Origin: Candidatus Omnitrophota bacterium
GTDB taxonomy: Bacteria > Omnitrophota > Gorgyraeia > Gorgyraeales > Gorgyraeaceae
Length of the DNA stretch: 64,000 nt
Assembly (NCBI GenBank): GCA_018824145.1
Contig: JAHJHC010000090.1
Coordinates: 349 to 64,348 of the forward strand
Direction of reading: 5' to 3'
The notes under the pieces were generated by a model that saw only the letters and a program-made list of their open reading frames with translations, ran no database searches and had not been told where the DNA came from. How positions within the stretch are numbered: the stretch's first letter is position 1; each line of letters opens with the position of its first letter. A program made the position numbers and the translations under genes. Below are positions 34,864-45,196 of the stretch, piece by piece.

Positions 34864-36183
34864 TCATACTAAGTACTTCCTCGGATCAGTGATCTTTCCT
34901 TCTATACTAGAGGCTGCGACTGTTGCAGGAGAGGCAAGATATATAAATGCCTCGGGATTACCCATCCTGCCTTTAAAATTTCTATTCGCTGTGGATATTA
35001 CGTTCTCGCCTTTTGAAGGGACACCGTCATGAGTACCCACACAAGGCCCGCATCCAGGGGAAACAACAACCGCACCAGCTCTGACAAACTCCGAAATATA
35101 ACCTTTCCTGATTGCCTCTTCAAAGATATATTTAGATGCAGGAGCTATTATCATTTTTACATTCCTGTGAATGCGTCTATTTTTCAAGATAGAGACTGCT
35201 ATCCTCAAATCCTCTAATCGGCCGTTTGTACATGTGCCGATAAAGGCCTCATCTACCCTTACATTTTTCAAGTCACGGATAGGTGAGACATTATCAACGG
35301 TATGAGGCCTTGCAACCTGAGGAGTCATCTTACTTACATCATACTCCAGGATCTCTGAATATTTTGCATCCTTATCGCTCTTCAACTCTGATTCTCCCAC
35401 CTTCCACCCATGCCCCGTACCCGAACTAAGTGAGTGGTTCGGGGTAACACCCCTCACCTTATACCCTACACCTTTAAGGTATTTATAAGTCGTCTCATCC
35501 GGTTCTATGATGCCTGATTTTGCTCCCATCTCAATAGCCATATTAGTGATGGTAAACCTGGCATCCATGCTTAGACGCTTGATATAATCCCCTGAAAACT
35601 CAACTGCCTTGTATGTACAGTAATCCGCTCCCAAATCACCGATGATATAAAGAATAACATCCTTTGAATAAACACCCTTCTTGGGCCTATTTTTTAGAAT
35701 AATTTTAACTGTCTCAGGGATCTTGAACCAGTTTTTACCGGAGGCCAATGCCACTGCCAGATCAGTCGACCCCATACCTGTAGAAAAGGCACCCAAGGCA
35801 CCATATGTGCAGGTATGAGAATCAGCCCCTATAACTAAATCTCCAGGGGCTATAATTCCGGTTTCGGGTATTACCTGATGGCATACACCGCACCCGATAT
35901 CGAATAACCGGACATTATTCTCTTTTGCGAAAAGGCGCATCTTCTTATGAACCTCTGAAACGCCAATATTCGGGCTAGGGGCGCTGTGGTCAATAACCAT
36001 GCAAAATTTATTCTTATTGAAGACCTTCTTAGCCCCCAGTTTTTTGAACGCATCTATGATAAGGGTACTTGTGCCATCCTGGCCAAAACAAAAATCTATA
36101 TTACAGACTGCTACTTCACCCGATGTCAAATCCTTATTACAATGTGCGCTGAAAATTTTCTCTGTGATGGTCTTGCCTGACAT
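34864..36183 (-). CDS. LeuC-type (aconitase family) dehydratase large subunit, short type-2 form
   Basis: 439 aa. Fe-S cluster ligand motifs (GVCHQ, GADSHTCTYGALG, GCGPCVG). Confidence 0.85.
   Translation of the reverse strand: MSGKTITEKIFSAHCNKDLTSGEVAVCNIDFCFGQDGTSTLIIDAFKKLGAKKVFNKNKFCMVIDHSAPSPNIGVSEVHKKMRLFAKENNVRLFDIGCGVCHQVIPETGIIAPGDLVIGADSHTCTYGALGAFSTGMGSTDLAVALASGKNWFKIPETVKIILKNRPKKGVYSKDVILYIIGDLGADYCTYKAVEFSGDYIKRLSMDARFTITNMAIEMGAKSGIIEPDETTYKYLKGVGYKVRGVTPNHSLSSGTGHGWKVGESELKSDKDAKYSEILEYDVSKMTPQVARPHTVDNVSPIRDLKNVRVDEAFIGTCTNGRLEDLRIAVSILKNRRIHRNVKMIIAPASKYIFEEAIRKGYISEFVRAGAVVVSPGCGPCVGTHDGVPSKGENVISTANRNFKGRMGNPEAFIYLASPATVAASSIEGKITDPRKYLV
35413..35454 (-). repeat. degenerate palindrome inside the leuC-like CDS sharing the ccccgtac motif of the tsaD element
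   Basis: ccccgtacccgaac-taagtgagtg-gttcggggtaacacccc encodes GVTPNHSLSSGTGHGW. Arms are imperfect. Confidence 0.35.
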
Positions 36184-36186
36184 GAT

Positions 36187-37353
36187 TCAAATCCCCTCAA
36201 ACCACTCTTCGAGCCTATCCATTCCCTTCTTGATATTGTCTATGCTCGTAGCAAAACTAAGTCTAATATGTCGGTCTGAACCAAATGCCTTGCCGGGGAT
36301 AACTGCAACCTTAACCTCTTCCAGAAGTCTCTCAGCCACCTGCATGCTAGAGAGGCCTTTTTTATCTATCCTGCAGAAGACATAAAAGGCGCCTTCCGGT
36401 TTCACACACGAAAGGCCTTTTATATTTCCTATCCGCTCAACGATATAATCTCTCCGGGTCTGGAATTGAATTACCATCTCTCTTACACTATCATCCCTTT
36501 CTCTAAGTGCCTTCAGGGCCGCTGCCTGACTTATAGAGGCAGGATTAGACGTGGAGTGACTCTGCAGGTTTTTTATAGCGGTCATTAACTCGCCATTACA
36601 AGACGCTAAATAGCCTATTCTCCATCCTGTCATAGAAAAACTCTTTGAAACCCCGTTTACAACTATGGTATTCTTGAAAATATTTTCGTCAATTGTCGCA
36701 ATAGAAACATGTTTTCTTCCTTCAAATATAATCTTCTCGTAAATCTCGTCGCTGATCACAAGGATATTATGTTTGAGAGCTATCTCTGCGATTTTTGCTA
36801 ATTCATCCTTATTATAGACACACCCGGTGGGATTCGAAGGGCTATTTAATATTAAGGCCTTTGTCTTTTTTGTAACGGAATTATTGAGTTTCGCAGGGGA
36901 TATCTTAAAATTACTCTCTTCGTCAGTTTCTATGATTATAGGCCTGGCGCTAGCCAGTCTTACCATCTCCGGATAACTCAACCAATAAGGTGCGGGTATT
37001 AATACTTCGTCATCCTGGTCACATATCGCCTGGAAGATATTATAAAGAGAATGCTTTGCTCCACATGAAACAACTATCTCGGACGGATCGTATTTGAGAT
37101 TATTATCCTTATATAACTTTTCACAAATTATTTTTTTTAATTCGTCGGTGCCGGAGGCAGGGGTATATTTCGTAAAACCTTCTTGGATTGCCTTTATGGC
37201 AGCTTCTTTAATATAAGACGGGGTATCAAAATCAGGTTCGCCAGAACCAAAGCTTACGACATCCACTCCCTCGGCCTTCATTTTCTTGGATTTGGCCGTG
37301 ATAGAGAGTGTAAGTGAGGCAGATATTTTTTTTACGCGCGAGGAAAGGTGCAT
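36187..37353 (-). CDS. class I/II aminotransferase (aspartate aminotransferase-like)
   Basis: 388 aa. PLP-lysine region GVSKSFSMTGWRIGY. NSPSNPTG motif. Confidence 0.88.
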   Translation of the reverse strand: MHLSSRVKKISASLTLSITAKSKKMKAEGVDVVSFGSGEPDFDTPSYIKEAAIKAIQEGFTKYTPASGTDELKKIICEKLYKDNNLKYDPSEIVVSCGAKHSLYNIFQAICDQDDEVLIPAPYWLSYPEMVRLASARPIIIETDEESNFKISPAKLNNSVTKKTKALILNSPSNPTGCVYNKDELAKIAEIALKHNILVISDEIYEKIIFEGRKHVSIATIDENIFKNTIVVNGVSKSFSMTGWRIGYLASCNGELMTAIKNLQSHSTSNPASISQAAALKALRERDDSVREMVIQFQTRRDYIVERIGNIKGLSCVKPEGAFYVFCRIDKKGLSSMQVAERLLEEVKVAVIPGKAFGSDRHIRLSFATSIDNIKKGMDRLEEWFEGI

Positions 37354-37369
37354 GAAAAATAGCTGTAAA

Positions 37370-37404
37370 CTATAAGCTATGAGCTGTAAGGTTATAGCTT
37401 ATAG
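37370..37404 (-). terminator. hairpin ctataagctat-N13-atagcttatag followed by a U-rich tract, between rplQ and the aminotransferase gene
   Basis: 11-bp perfect stem. On the minus strand it is followed by tttacagctattttt, directly before the aminotransferase ATG. Confidence 0.4.
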
Positions 37405-37436
37405 CTCTATGTATAAGTATCGAATATATTCTTGAA

Positions 37437-38051
37437 TTATTGATCTTTCTTCCGACCAAAGAATTTCTTGAAAAACCCAGGTTTCTGTATCGGTTTTTGC
37501 GGTTTTCGTGGTTCTTTTCTTGGATGTGGCACCTCTTTTTTAGGCTGTTCTTTTATCTCCTCCTTAACAATTTCCTCTTTTTTAACCTTGGCTTCTTCGG
37601 GAATTTGCTTCTTCTCTTTCGGTTCAAGTTGAGGAGGTTTATCTTTTTCCTTTGCCTTTTTCTTCTCTTCTTTTTTGGGAACAGGCTCTATCTTTGGCTT
37701 CTCGACAAATTCCAATATTGCCATCTGGGCCTTATCACCGCGTCTTTTACCAGTTAACATAACTCTTGTATAGCCGCCATTTCTATTTTTAAATAAAGGC
37801 GCTATTTCATTAAAGAGTATCGAGACTAATGTCTTATCGCGCAAAACACTATATGCCTTCCTCCTACTGGCAAGAGAATCCTTCCTCCCGACAGTAACAA
37901 GTTTGTCCATAAGCCTAGATGCCTCTTTTGCCTTAACTTTTGTCGTAGAGATACTTTTACTTATAATAAGGCCGGAGACTAATTGACGCAATGTCTGCTT
38001 GTAATGACTTTTTTGCCTTCCGAATCTAATAGTATTTTTGCGATGTCTCAT
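37437..38051 (-). CDS. rplQ: 50S ribosomal protein L17 with about 85-aa Lys/Glu-rich C-terminal extension
   Basis: 204 aa. N-terminal 120 aa is L17 (MRHRKNTIRFGRQKSHYKQTLRQL...GGYTRV). Tail EEKKKAKEKDKPPQLEPKEKKQIPEEAKVKKEE... Confidence 0.9.
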   Translation of the reverse strand: MRHRKNTIRFGRQKSHYKQTLRQLVSGLIISKSISTTKVKAKEASRLMDKLVTVGRKDSLASRRKAYSVLRDKTLVSILFNEIAPLFKNRNGGYTRVMLTGKRRGDKAQMAILEFVEKPKIEPVPKKEEKKKAKEKDKPPQLEPKEKKQIPEEAKVKKEEIVKEEIKEQPKKEVPHPRKEPRKPQKPIQKPGFFKKFFGRKKDQ

Positions 38052-38058
38052 GCTATCC

Positions 38059-39042
38059 TCATTTTCCCTTCTTTGTCTCCTTAGGCATCTCCATACCGAA
38101 AGAAAGCCCCATACCCTTCAATATCTCCTTTATTTCTGTAAGAGACTTCTTGCCGAAATTCCTGTATTGCAACATATCCTGTTCTGTTTTCCTGACTAAT
38201 TCCCCGATAGTCTTTATTCGCGCCTCCCTCAGACAATTGTTGCTTCTTACAGAAAGCTCCAATTCCGAAACCGGCAGATTTAACTTTTCCAATAACTCCT
38301 TGTCCTCCTTATTTTCTTCCTCTTCTTCTTCGACCTGGACCTCTCCGAGTTTAGAGAATATCTCGAGATGACGCTGCAAGATATGAGAGGCATACAAAAG
38401 CGCCTCTTTGGGATCTATACTACCGTTAGTCCAAATATTAATTATCAATCTGTCATAGTCTGTAATCTGACCGACACGGGTCTCTTCTACATGAAAATTC
38501 ACACGACGCACAGGCGCAAACACAGAATCCACAGGGATTATCCCTATAGCCTGACCTTCTTTTTTATTTCTCTCAGAAGAAACAAATCCCCGGCCTTTAC
38601 CTATCTCTAATTCCATATTGAAACTTGTATCTTTTGTAAGCGTGGCTATATGAAGGTCGGGATTGATTATCTCAACCGTATCATCGGTTATAATGTCTTT
38701 TGCCGTAACCTCACCCTTTTTCGAGGCCTTCAGATACAGTATCTTCGGCGTCCTCGAATGCGATCTCAATACAAGCTGTTTTATATTCAATACGATTTGC
38801 GGGATATCTTCTAAAACACCCGGTATTGTCGAGAACTCATGCAACACCCCGTCTATCTTTACCGATGTGACTGCAGCCCCTTCAATAGAAGATATAAGTA
38901 TGCGTCTCAAAGAATTACCTATTGTAGTCCCAAATCCCCGCTCAAACGGTTCTGCTATAAACTTTCCGTAACACTCTGAATAAGTCTTCTCATCACTCTC
39001 TAGCTTTTTAGGCATCTCAAATGTTTTCCAACTTATACCCAT
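38059..39042 (-). CDS. rpoA: DNA-directed RNA polymerase subunit alpha
   Basis: 327 aa. EPFERGFGTTIGNSLRRILISS. C-terminal domain. RBS AAGGAGG 8 nt upstream. Confidence 0.93.
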   Translation of the reverse strand: MGISWKTFEMPKKLESDEKTYSECYGKFIAEPFERGFGTTIGNSLRRILISSIEGAAVTSVKIDGVLHEFSTIPGVLEDIPQIVLNIKQLVLRSHSRTPKILYLKASKKGEVTAKDIITDDTVEIINPDLHIATLTKDTSFNMELEIGKGRGFVSSERNKKEGQAIGIIPVDSVFAPVRRVNFHVEETRVGQITDYDRLIINIWTNGSIDPKEALLYASHILQRHLEIFSKLGEVQVEEEEEENKEDKELLEKLNLPVSELELSVRSNNCLREARIKTIGELVRKTEQDMLQYRNFGKKSLTEIKEILKGMGLSFGMEMPKETKKGK

Positions 39043-39137
39043 TATTGGTCCTCCTTATTTAAAAAAACTCTAAACACTAAACTCTAAATCCTAAACAAAC
39101 CCATTAGAGTTTAGAATTTTGGATTTAGTGTTTATAT

Positions 39138-39776
39138 TTATTTTGAATACAGCTCTACTATTAGTTGTTCCTGTATGTCCATACCGACATCTTTTCTCTC
39201 GGGACGGCGCGCAACTTCTATCTTAAGGCTTGTGAAGTCCGGCTTCAACCAATCAGGTACGCCTCTATCCTTGACATTCTCTATAATCTCTTTTACATTC
39301 TTTACTATTCTATCTTTTTGTTTTACCTGGATAACATCTCCTATCTTAATCGAATACGAAGGGATGTTTACCTTTCTATTATTGACCAATATAGCGCCGT
39401 GGCTAACCATCTGTCTGGCCTGTGTTCTGGAAACAGCAAAACATGACCTGAATATAACGCTGTCTAATCTTCTTTCCAAAAGCTCTAACAATCTCTCGCC
39501 GGTTACACCTTTCGAATGTGTTGCAAGCTTAAAATACCTCCTGAACTGCTTTTCCAATACGCCGTATATCTTCTTTACTTTCTGCTTTTCTTTTAATTGC
39601 AGGCCATAGTTGGAAATCTTAGTCCTTCTACCTTTTCCGCCTTTTCCGTGTTGGCCCGGAGGATAGCTCCTTCTATCAAAGGCGCATTTATCGGTATAAC
39701 ACCTAGTGCCTTTTAAAAAAAGTTTCAAACCTCTACGTCTACAAACTCTGCATGATGATCTCGTGTAACGTGCCAT
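39138..39776 (-). CDS. rpsD: 30S ribosomal protein S4
   Basis: 212 aa. [26 protein letters not shown] zinc-ribbon N-terminus. S4 domain. Confidence 0.93.
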   Translation of the reverse strand: MARYTRSSCRVCRRRGLKLFLKGTRCYTDKCAFDRRSYPPGQHGKGGKGRRTKISNYGLQLKEKQKVKKIYGVLEKQFRRYFKLATHSKGVTGERLLELLERRLDSVIFRSCFAVSRTQARQMVSHGAILVNNRKVNIPSYSIKIGDVIQVKQKDRIVKNVKEIIENVKDRGVPDWLKPDFTSLKIEVARRPERKDVGMDIQEQLIVELYSK

Positions 39777-39799
39777 TTATAACTCCCTCTTTAATATCA

Positions 39800-39925
39800 A
39801 TGTTAAATCTGAATGACAAGAAACTCAAAAGTAAAAACGCAAAAGTAAAAACCACAACTAAAAATTCAAAACTTTTTACTTTTAACTTGCAGTTTTACCT
39901 TTTTACTTTTGACTTTTTACTTTAT
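39800..39925 (-). repeat. structured 150-nt spacer between rpsK and rpsD built from aaaagtaaaaa / tttttactttt inverted copies
   Basis: Two copies of aaaagtaaaaa followed by three of the reverse complement tttttactttt. The region is predicted to fold into long imperfect hairpins within the operon transcript. Confidence 0.5.
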
Positions 39926-39927
39926 CT

Positions 39928-40314
39928 CTACACCCTTCTCCTCTTCGGTGGCCTGCAGCCATTATGTGGGATAGGCGTAACATCTATTATAGCGCTTATA
40001 CGTAACCCCGCTGCCTGTATAGCCCTTATTGCTGATTCCCGTCCCGAACCAGGTCCTTTCACAAACACCTCAACATCCTTAAGGCCATGTTCAAGGGCTT
40101 TCTTAGCAGCATTTTTAGCAGTAATCTGTGCGGCAAAAGGCGTTGACTTTTTAGACCCTTTAAAGCCACATGCCCCACAACTAGACCATACCACTACATT
40201 CCCATTCTTGTCTGTTATAGTCACAATCGTGTTATTAAATGTCGCTAAGACATGAGCGACCCCACTCGTAATATTTTTCGAAGCCTTTTTCTTTGTTTTT
40301 CTCTTCTCTGCCAT
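39928..40314 (-). CDS. rpsK: 30S ribosomal protein S11
   Basis: 128 aa. [28 protein letters not shown]. Confidence 0.93.
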   Translation of the reverse strand: MAEKRKTKKKASKNITSGVAHVLATFNNTIVTITDKNGNVVVWSSCGACGFKGSKKSTPFAAQITAKNAAKKALEHGLKDVEVFVKGPGSGRESAIRAIQAAGLRISAIIDVTPIPHNGCRPPKRRRV

Positions 40315-40333
40315 GTTTACTCCTTATAACAAG

Positions 40334-40738
40334 TTATCCTTCTGCCGGAGCTGCTGCTGCCTGGCTCTTTCCTTTTCTAGTCACGCCAACAGTCTTTCTC
40401 GGTCCTTTCCTAGTCCTCGCATTCGACTTTGTCCTCTGCCCTCTGACAGGTAAAGACCTCCTGTGTCTAAAACCCCTATAAGATCCTATATCTATAAGCC
40501 GCTTTATATTCTGGGAAGTATCTCTTCTTAGATCTCCCTCGACTTTATATTCTTTTTGTATAACCGCGGCAATCCTCGAGACCTCTTCTTCTTTGAGATC
40601 TTTGGCCCTTGTATCAAGATTAACACCTGCGGATTTCAGTATCTTGCCTGAAGACGAACGTCCTATCCCATAAATATAAGTCAGGGCTATCTCTATACGT
40701 TTTTCTTTTGGTAAATCAATGCCTGCAATTCGAGCCAT
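40334..40738 (-). CDS. rpsM: 30S ribosomal protein S13
   Basis: 134 aa. [26 protein letters not shown]. Confidence 0.93.
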   Translation of the reverse strand: MARIAGIDLPKEKRIEIALTYIYGIGRSSSGKILKSAGVNLDTRAKDLKEEEVSRIAAVIQKEYKVEGDLRRDTSQNIKRLIDIGSYRGFRHRRSLPVRGQRTKSNARTRKGPRKTVGVTRKGKSQAAAAPAEG

Positions 40739-40754
40739 AATTTTGTACTCCTTA

Positions 40755-40868
40755 TCACCCTTGTCTCTGCTTATGCTTCGGATCTGTGCAAATCACCCTT
40801 ATGATGCCTTTACGCTTGATAATCTTGCACCTATCACAAACTGTTTTTACAGACGCTTTGACTTTCAT
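40755..40868 (-). CDS. rpmJ: 50S ribosomal protein L36 (37 aa, below the ORF-track threshold)
   Basis: Translation [37 protein letters not shown]. Lies between infA and rpsM as expected. Confidence 0.85.
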   Translation of the reverse strand: MKVKASVKTVCDRCKIIKRKGIIRVICTDPKHKQRQG

Positions 40869-41087
40869 TTATTTCACCCTGTATATTATCCTTCCCCTTG
40901 TTAAATCATATGGCGAAAGTTCCATTTTTACTTTATCGCCCGGCAAGATCTTTATAAAATTCATCCTCATCTTTCCAGATACATGGGCAAGCACCTTATG
41001 ACCGTTTTCCAACTCTACTCTGAACATTGCATTTGGCAATGACTCCAGAACTGTACCTTCTACTTCTATTGAATCTTCTTTTGGCAT
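40869..41087 (-). CDS. infA: translation initiation factor IF-1
   Basis: 72 aa from [42 protein letters not shown]1-like OB fold. Confidence 0.9.
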   Translation of the reverse strand: MPKEDSIEVEGTVLESLPNAMFRVELENGHKVLAHVSGKMRMNFIKILPGDKVKMELSPYDLTRGRIIYRVK

Positions 41088-41098
41088 AAGCGATTCCT

Positions 41099-41842
41099 CT
41101 ATGTCAATATTACCGGCTCCCCATCCATGACACAAACCGTATGCTCGAAATGGGCCGACAATTTTCTATCTCTTGTCACAGATGTCCATCCATCGCTAAG
41201 TATCTCTATCTCATATCTCCCTTCATTAACCATTGGCTCTATAGCAAGGACCATTCCCTTTTTCAATCTAGGCCCGGTCCCGGCTTTGCCAAAATTGGGT
41301 ATTTCCGGTTCCTCGTGCATCTTTTTTCCTATGCCATGCCCTACAAAATCCCGTACAATCGAATATCCACGGCCTTCTACATATTCCTGTATCGCATGCG
41401 AGATATCAAAAAGCCTATTACCCTCTACTGCTTTTTCTATGCCTACAGATAAGGCCTTTTCTGTAACCTTGATTAATCTTCTAGCCTCTTTAGTAACCGA
41501 AGTCCCTATCTCTATCGTACAAGCAGCATCTGCGTAAAATCCGCATTTTGCAACTCCGACGTCAATACTTAATATATCCCCTGTTTTGAGCCTTGTTTTA
41601 CCAGGGATACCATGAACAACCTGTTCATTTATTGAAACGCATATGTTACCAGGGAATCCCTTGTAACCTTTAAAAGCGCTCTTTGCGTCAAAATCTTTTA
41701 TTATAATCTCTGCTTTCTTATCAAGCTCTCGTGTCGTTACCTCTGGTAAGGCAATCTTCTCAATTTCCTGAAGGACAACTCTTACTATACTGCCTGCTTT
41801 TTTAATAAGCGCTATCTCATCTTCAGACTTTATATCTATCAT
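41099..41842 (-). CDS. map: type I methionine aminopeptidase
   Basis: 247 aa. Metal ligands in [28 protein letters not shown]. Confidence 0.92.
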   Translation of the reverse strand: MIDIKSEDEIALIKKAGSIVRVVLQEIEKIALPEVTTRELDKKAEIIIKDFDAKSAFKGYKGFPGNICVSINEQVVHGIPGKTRLKTGDILSIDVGVAKCGFYADAACTIEIGTSVTKEARRLIKVTEKALSVGIEKAVEGNRLFDISHAIQEYVEGRGYSIVRDFVGHGIGKKMHEEPEIPNFGKAGTGPRLKKGMVLAIEPMVNEGRYEIEILSDGWTSVTRDRKLSAHFEHTVCVMDGEPVILT

Positions 41843-42486
41843 TCTTTCTTCAGTATATCTTTCAACTTTTCGTAGACCTTATCTGCTTCCAAATCCCCTG
41901 AGACCTCTTTCAGTATCCCCTTTGCCCCATAGTAATCTATCAGTTCCTTCGTCTGCGTATTATAAACCTCAAGCCTCTTTTCTATAGTTTCCTTATTGTC
42001 ATCTTTTCTCAGGTAAAGTTCGCCGCCGCACTTATCGCATAACCCCTTCTCTCGGGGTGGCATATTCACAATATGATAATTAGCGCCGCAGTCCTTGCAA
42101 AGTCTCCTTCCTGTAAGTCTAAATATAACCGTGTCAATGCTGGTCCTGAAATATATTACAAGATCAATAGGTAAATTCAATCTATCAAGCTCAATATCCA
42201 ATTTCTTAGCCTGATATAGGGTCCTGGGAAAGCCGTCTAGTATAAAACCTCTGCCTTTATCACCTGAGTTAATCTTTTCAAGCATCATCTCGATAACCAT
42301 GCCATCAGGTACGAGTTCCCCTTTTTCCATAAAGGACTGGGCCTTCTTACCGATAAAAGTCACCTCCTTTACATTTTCCCTCAATATATCGCCTGTCGAA
42401 AGATGCTCAAACTGTTCTCTATCCGAAAGCATATTCGCCTGAGTACCTTTACCTGCCCCTGGCGGACCTAATAGAACCATCCTCAT
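41839..42486 (-). CDS. adk: adenylate kinase (zinc-lid form)
   Basis: 215 aa. GPPGAGKGTQA P-loop. CKDCGANY...CDKCGG lid. Confidence 0.93.
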   Translation of the reverse strand: MRMVLLGPPGAGKGTQANMLSDREQFEHLSTGDILRENVKEVTFIGKKAQSFMEKGELVPDGMVIEMMLEKINSGDKGRGFILDGFPRTLYQAKKLDIELDRLNLPIDLVIYFRTSIDTVIFRLTGRRLCKDCGANYHIVNMPPREKGLCDKCGGELYLRKDDNKETIEKRLEVYNTQTKELIDYYGAKGILKEVSGDLEADKVYEKLKDILKKE

Positions 42487-42496
42487 AGTCTAATCG

Positions 42497-43843
42497 CTAC
42501 CTTCTTCCCCTGATCCTTCCCTTCTTCATAAACCCTTCGTAGTGTCTCATCAAAAGTTGAGACTCAACCTGTCGCATTGTATCTAACATAACTCCGACTA
42601 CGATCAAAAGAGCAGTCCCTCCAAAAAAGCTTGCTATTAAATAAGGTATCTTTAACCACGCGCCCAGCATATCAGGAAAAACCGCTATAAAAGCCAGGAA
42701 TATCGCGCCCGGCAAGGTAATCCTTGTTATGATAAAATCAAAATATTCTGCAGTACGCTTCCCTGGCCTGACCCCCGGAACAAAACCCCCGTATTTTTTC
42801 ATATTGTCAGCTACATCGGCAGGATTGAATGTTATAGCAGTATAAAAATAAGCAAAAAATATAATCAATAGACTATATATAACTGTATACAAGACCTGGC
42901 CTCTCACAAGAGATTGTGCTATCCTTTGCAGCCCTGGATTTGGTATAAACCCTGCTATTGTTGCGGGAAACAATATCAAAGATTGAGCAAATATTATAGG
43001 GATAACGCCTGCTTGGTTTACCCTCAATGGTATATAAGTACTCTGTCCGCCATAAACCTTCCTCCCTATAATCCTCTTTGCATATTGCACCGGTATTCTC
43101 CGCTGTCCCTGAGTAATTAAAATAACAGCGATGATTACCAATACACCTATAGCGGACATCAAGACAATCGTAAATATATTGATCTGCCTCTTTTCCGGCG
43201 CAAAAGGCGAAACCAACGCAAATACCTGGTAAAGAGCAGATGGCAACCTGGAAATAATACCCGCTGTTATAATCAGAGATATACCATTTCCTATCCCACG
43301 CTCCTGGATCTGTTCTCCTAGCCACATTATAAAAGCAGTCCCTGTCGTAAGGGTAATAACAGTCAAAAATCTGAACGCCCAACCAGGGTTCTCAACTATT
43401 GTAAGCCCTTGAAATCTGGCCGGGTTTTCGAGCCAGACACTGATAAAAAATGACTGAATGATAGCAAGTACCACTGTGCCATAACGCGTATACTGTATTA
43501 TCTTACGTCTGCCTGATTCGCCTTCTTTTGACAATTTTTCGAGATGCGGCACGACAGTAACTAAAAGTTGCAGTATAATAGAAGCTGATATGTACGGCAT
43601 TATACCCAACGCAAATATAGTCAAACGTGTCAATGCGCCTCCGGAAAACATATTCATTATGCCAAATAATGTCCCGCCCTGCGCCTTGGTCACGTTTTCA
43701 AAAAACTGCATGAGTTGTGCCCCGTTCACTCCGGGGGTCGGAATATAAGCGCCAATCCTATAAACACTAAGAAGAATAAGCGTTATAAATAATTTTTTTC
43801 GAAGGTCAGGTATTTTAAACGAATTAGCTAAGGCCTTAAACAT
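42497..43843 (-). CDS. secY: preprotein translocase subunit SecY
   Basis: 448 aa, 10 TM. Conserved GIMPYISASII and plug regions. Confidence 0.93.
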   Translation of the reverse strand: MFKALANSFKIPDLRKKLFITLILLSVYRIGAYIPTPGVNGAQLMQFFENVTKAQGGTLFGIMNMFSGGALTRLTIFALGIMPYISASIILQLLVTVVPHLEKLSKEGESGRRKIIQYTRYGTVVLAIIQSFFISVWLENPARFQGLTIVENPGWAFRFLTVITLTTGTAFIMWLGEQIQERGIGNGISLIITAGIISRLPSALYQVFALVSPFAPEKRQINIFTIVLMSAIGVLVIIAVILITQGQRRIPVQYAKRIIGRKVYGGQSTYIPLRVNQAGVIPIIFAQSLILFPATIAGFIPNPGLQRIAQSLVRGQVLYTVIYSLLIIFFAYFYTAITFNPADVADNMKKYGGFVPGVRPGKRTAEYFDFIITRITLPGAIFLAFIAVFPDMLGAWLKIPYLIASFFGGTALLIVVGVMLDTMRQVESQLLMRHYEGFMKKGRIRGRR

Positions 43844-43865
43844 ATCTTTCTTTCTTAACTAGCAA

Positions 43866-44309
43866 CTAATCTATTATCTCGCACTTTCCCCCGACGCTAG
43901 TAATTTTTTCGCGCGCGGTTTTAGAAAAGGCGTGTGCTTTTATGGTTATAGGGACATTGATTTGGCCGTCCCCTAAAATCTTTACAAAATTCACAGGACC
44001 TTTAATTATGCCTTTTTCCTTCAATAAGTCAGGCGTTATGGAGCTTTGTTTTTTCAATTTTGCAAGCTTTTCAAAATTGACAATATGATATCCTTTAGTC
44101 GGCCTTTTATTAAAGCCTCTTTTTGGCATCTTCCTTATTAAAGGCATCTGCCCCCCTTCAAAGCCAGGCGTTATACCTTTACCAGTACGTGACATCTGCC
44201 CTTTATGACCCCTGGTAGATGTCTTGCCATGACCTGAACCGGGCCCTCTGCCAACTATCTTTCTTCTTTTCTTAGCACCAACTGCTGGTCTTAAGTCTTC
44301 GATTTTCAT
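43866..44309 (-). CDS. rplO: 50S ribosomal protein L15
   Basis: 147 aa. [26 protein letters not shown]. Confidence 0.92.
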   Translation of the reverse strand: MKIEDLRPAVGAKKRRKIVGRGPGSGHGKTSTRGHKGQMSRTGKGITPGFEGGQMPLIRKMPKRGFNKRPTKGYHIVNFEKLAKLKKQSSITPDLLKEKGIIKGPVNFVKILGDGQINVPITIKAHAFSKTAREKITSVGGKCEIID

Positions 44310-44812
44310 TCTGTTTTATCCCGTTCCAGCCTTAACTGTTTCAACCCCTCTAAAGTCGCCTTTGTTACATTAATCGGATTCTGCGTACCCAATGATTTTG
44401 TAAGTATATCCTTTATTCCCGCAGCGTCACATATGGCACGCACAGTACCACCAGCTATAACTCCAGTCCCTTCAGATGCGGGCTTCAAAAGAACCTTTCC
44501 TGCACCAAAATGACCTAACACTTGGTGAGGTATGGTCTTTCCTTTCAGATTCACTACAAAGAAATTCTTCTTAGCATTCGATAGAGCCTTTCGTATCGCA
44601 TCAGAGACTTCATTAGCCTTGCCGTATCCACAGCCAACTTTTCCAGCGCCGTTACCTACTGTCACTAATGCAGTAAATGAAAATCTCTTACCGCCCTTAA
44701 CAACCTTTGAGACCCTATTAACAGTTATAACCTTTTCTATAAACTGTTCCTCTCGCGAGTCTTCAATCTTTTCTATAAGCTTGTCTTTTACCTTTTGTTT
44801 ATTTATCAACAT
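44306..44812 (-). CDS. rpsE: 30S ribosomal protein S5 (directly followed by rplO; no L30 gene)
   Basis: 168 aa. [36 protein letters not shown]. Confidence 0.93.
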   Translation of the reverse strand: MLINKQKVKDKLIEKIEDSREEQFIEKVITVNRVSKVVKGGKRFSFTALVTVGNGAGKVGCGYGKANEVSDAIRKALSNAKKNFFVVNLKGKTIPHQVLGHFGAGKVLLKPASEGTGVIAGGTVRAICDAAGIKDILTKSLGTQNPINVTKATLEGLKQLRLERDKTE

Positions 44813-44818
44813 AGCCTC

Positions 44819-45196
44819 CTAAAATTTCAATCCAGCCTCTCTCACTGAATCAGCTAATGTCTTTATACGACCATGATATAAATAGCCGCTCCTGTCAAAT
44901 ATAACATGTTCAAGGCCTTTTTTCTTTGCCTCCCGATATACATAAGCGCCAAATTTCTTGGCTGCAGCTATATTCCCTCCGAAACCACATTCCTTTTTAA
45001 ACTCTTTGTCATTGGTAGAAAGTGAAAGCAATGTAATACTGGATATGTCATCTATAAACTGTATATATAAATTCTTATGGCTTCTGTGGATGTTAAGTCG
45101 GGGCCTCTGGTTTGTACCAGAAACAGTCTTCCTGATCCTGTAATGTCTTTTTATTCTCCCTAATTCTGCTTTATTTTTTACCTTTTTTATTATCAT
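44819..45196 (-). CDS. rplR: 50S ribosomal protein L18
   Basis: 125 aa. L18/L5e family. Confidence 0.9.
   Translation of the reverse strand: MIIKKVKNKAELGRIKRHYRIRKTVSGTNQRPRLNIHRSHKNLYIQFIDDISSITLLSLSTNDKEFKKECGFGGNIAAAKKFGAYVYREAKKKGLEHVIFDRSGYLYHGRIKTLADSVREAGLKF

Noticed and set aside
39784-39930. Possible CRISPR-like array in the rpsK-rpsD spacer
   Set aside because: Units are 11 nt with no spacers of constant length, and inverted copies pair with each other. It is a hairpin-forming A/T repeat, not a CRISPR.
42873-43382. 169-aa minus-strand ORF inside secY
   Set aside because: Alternative frame within the secY coding region. It is Cys/Tyr-rich nonsense with no homolog features.
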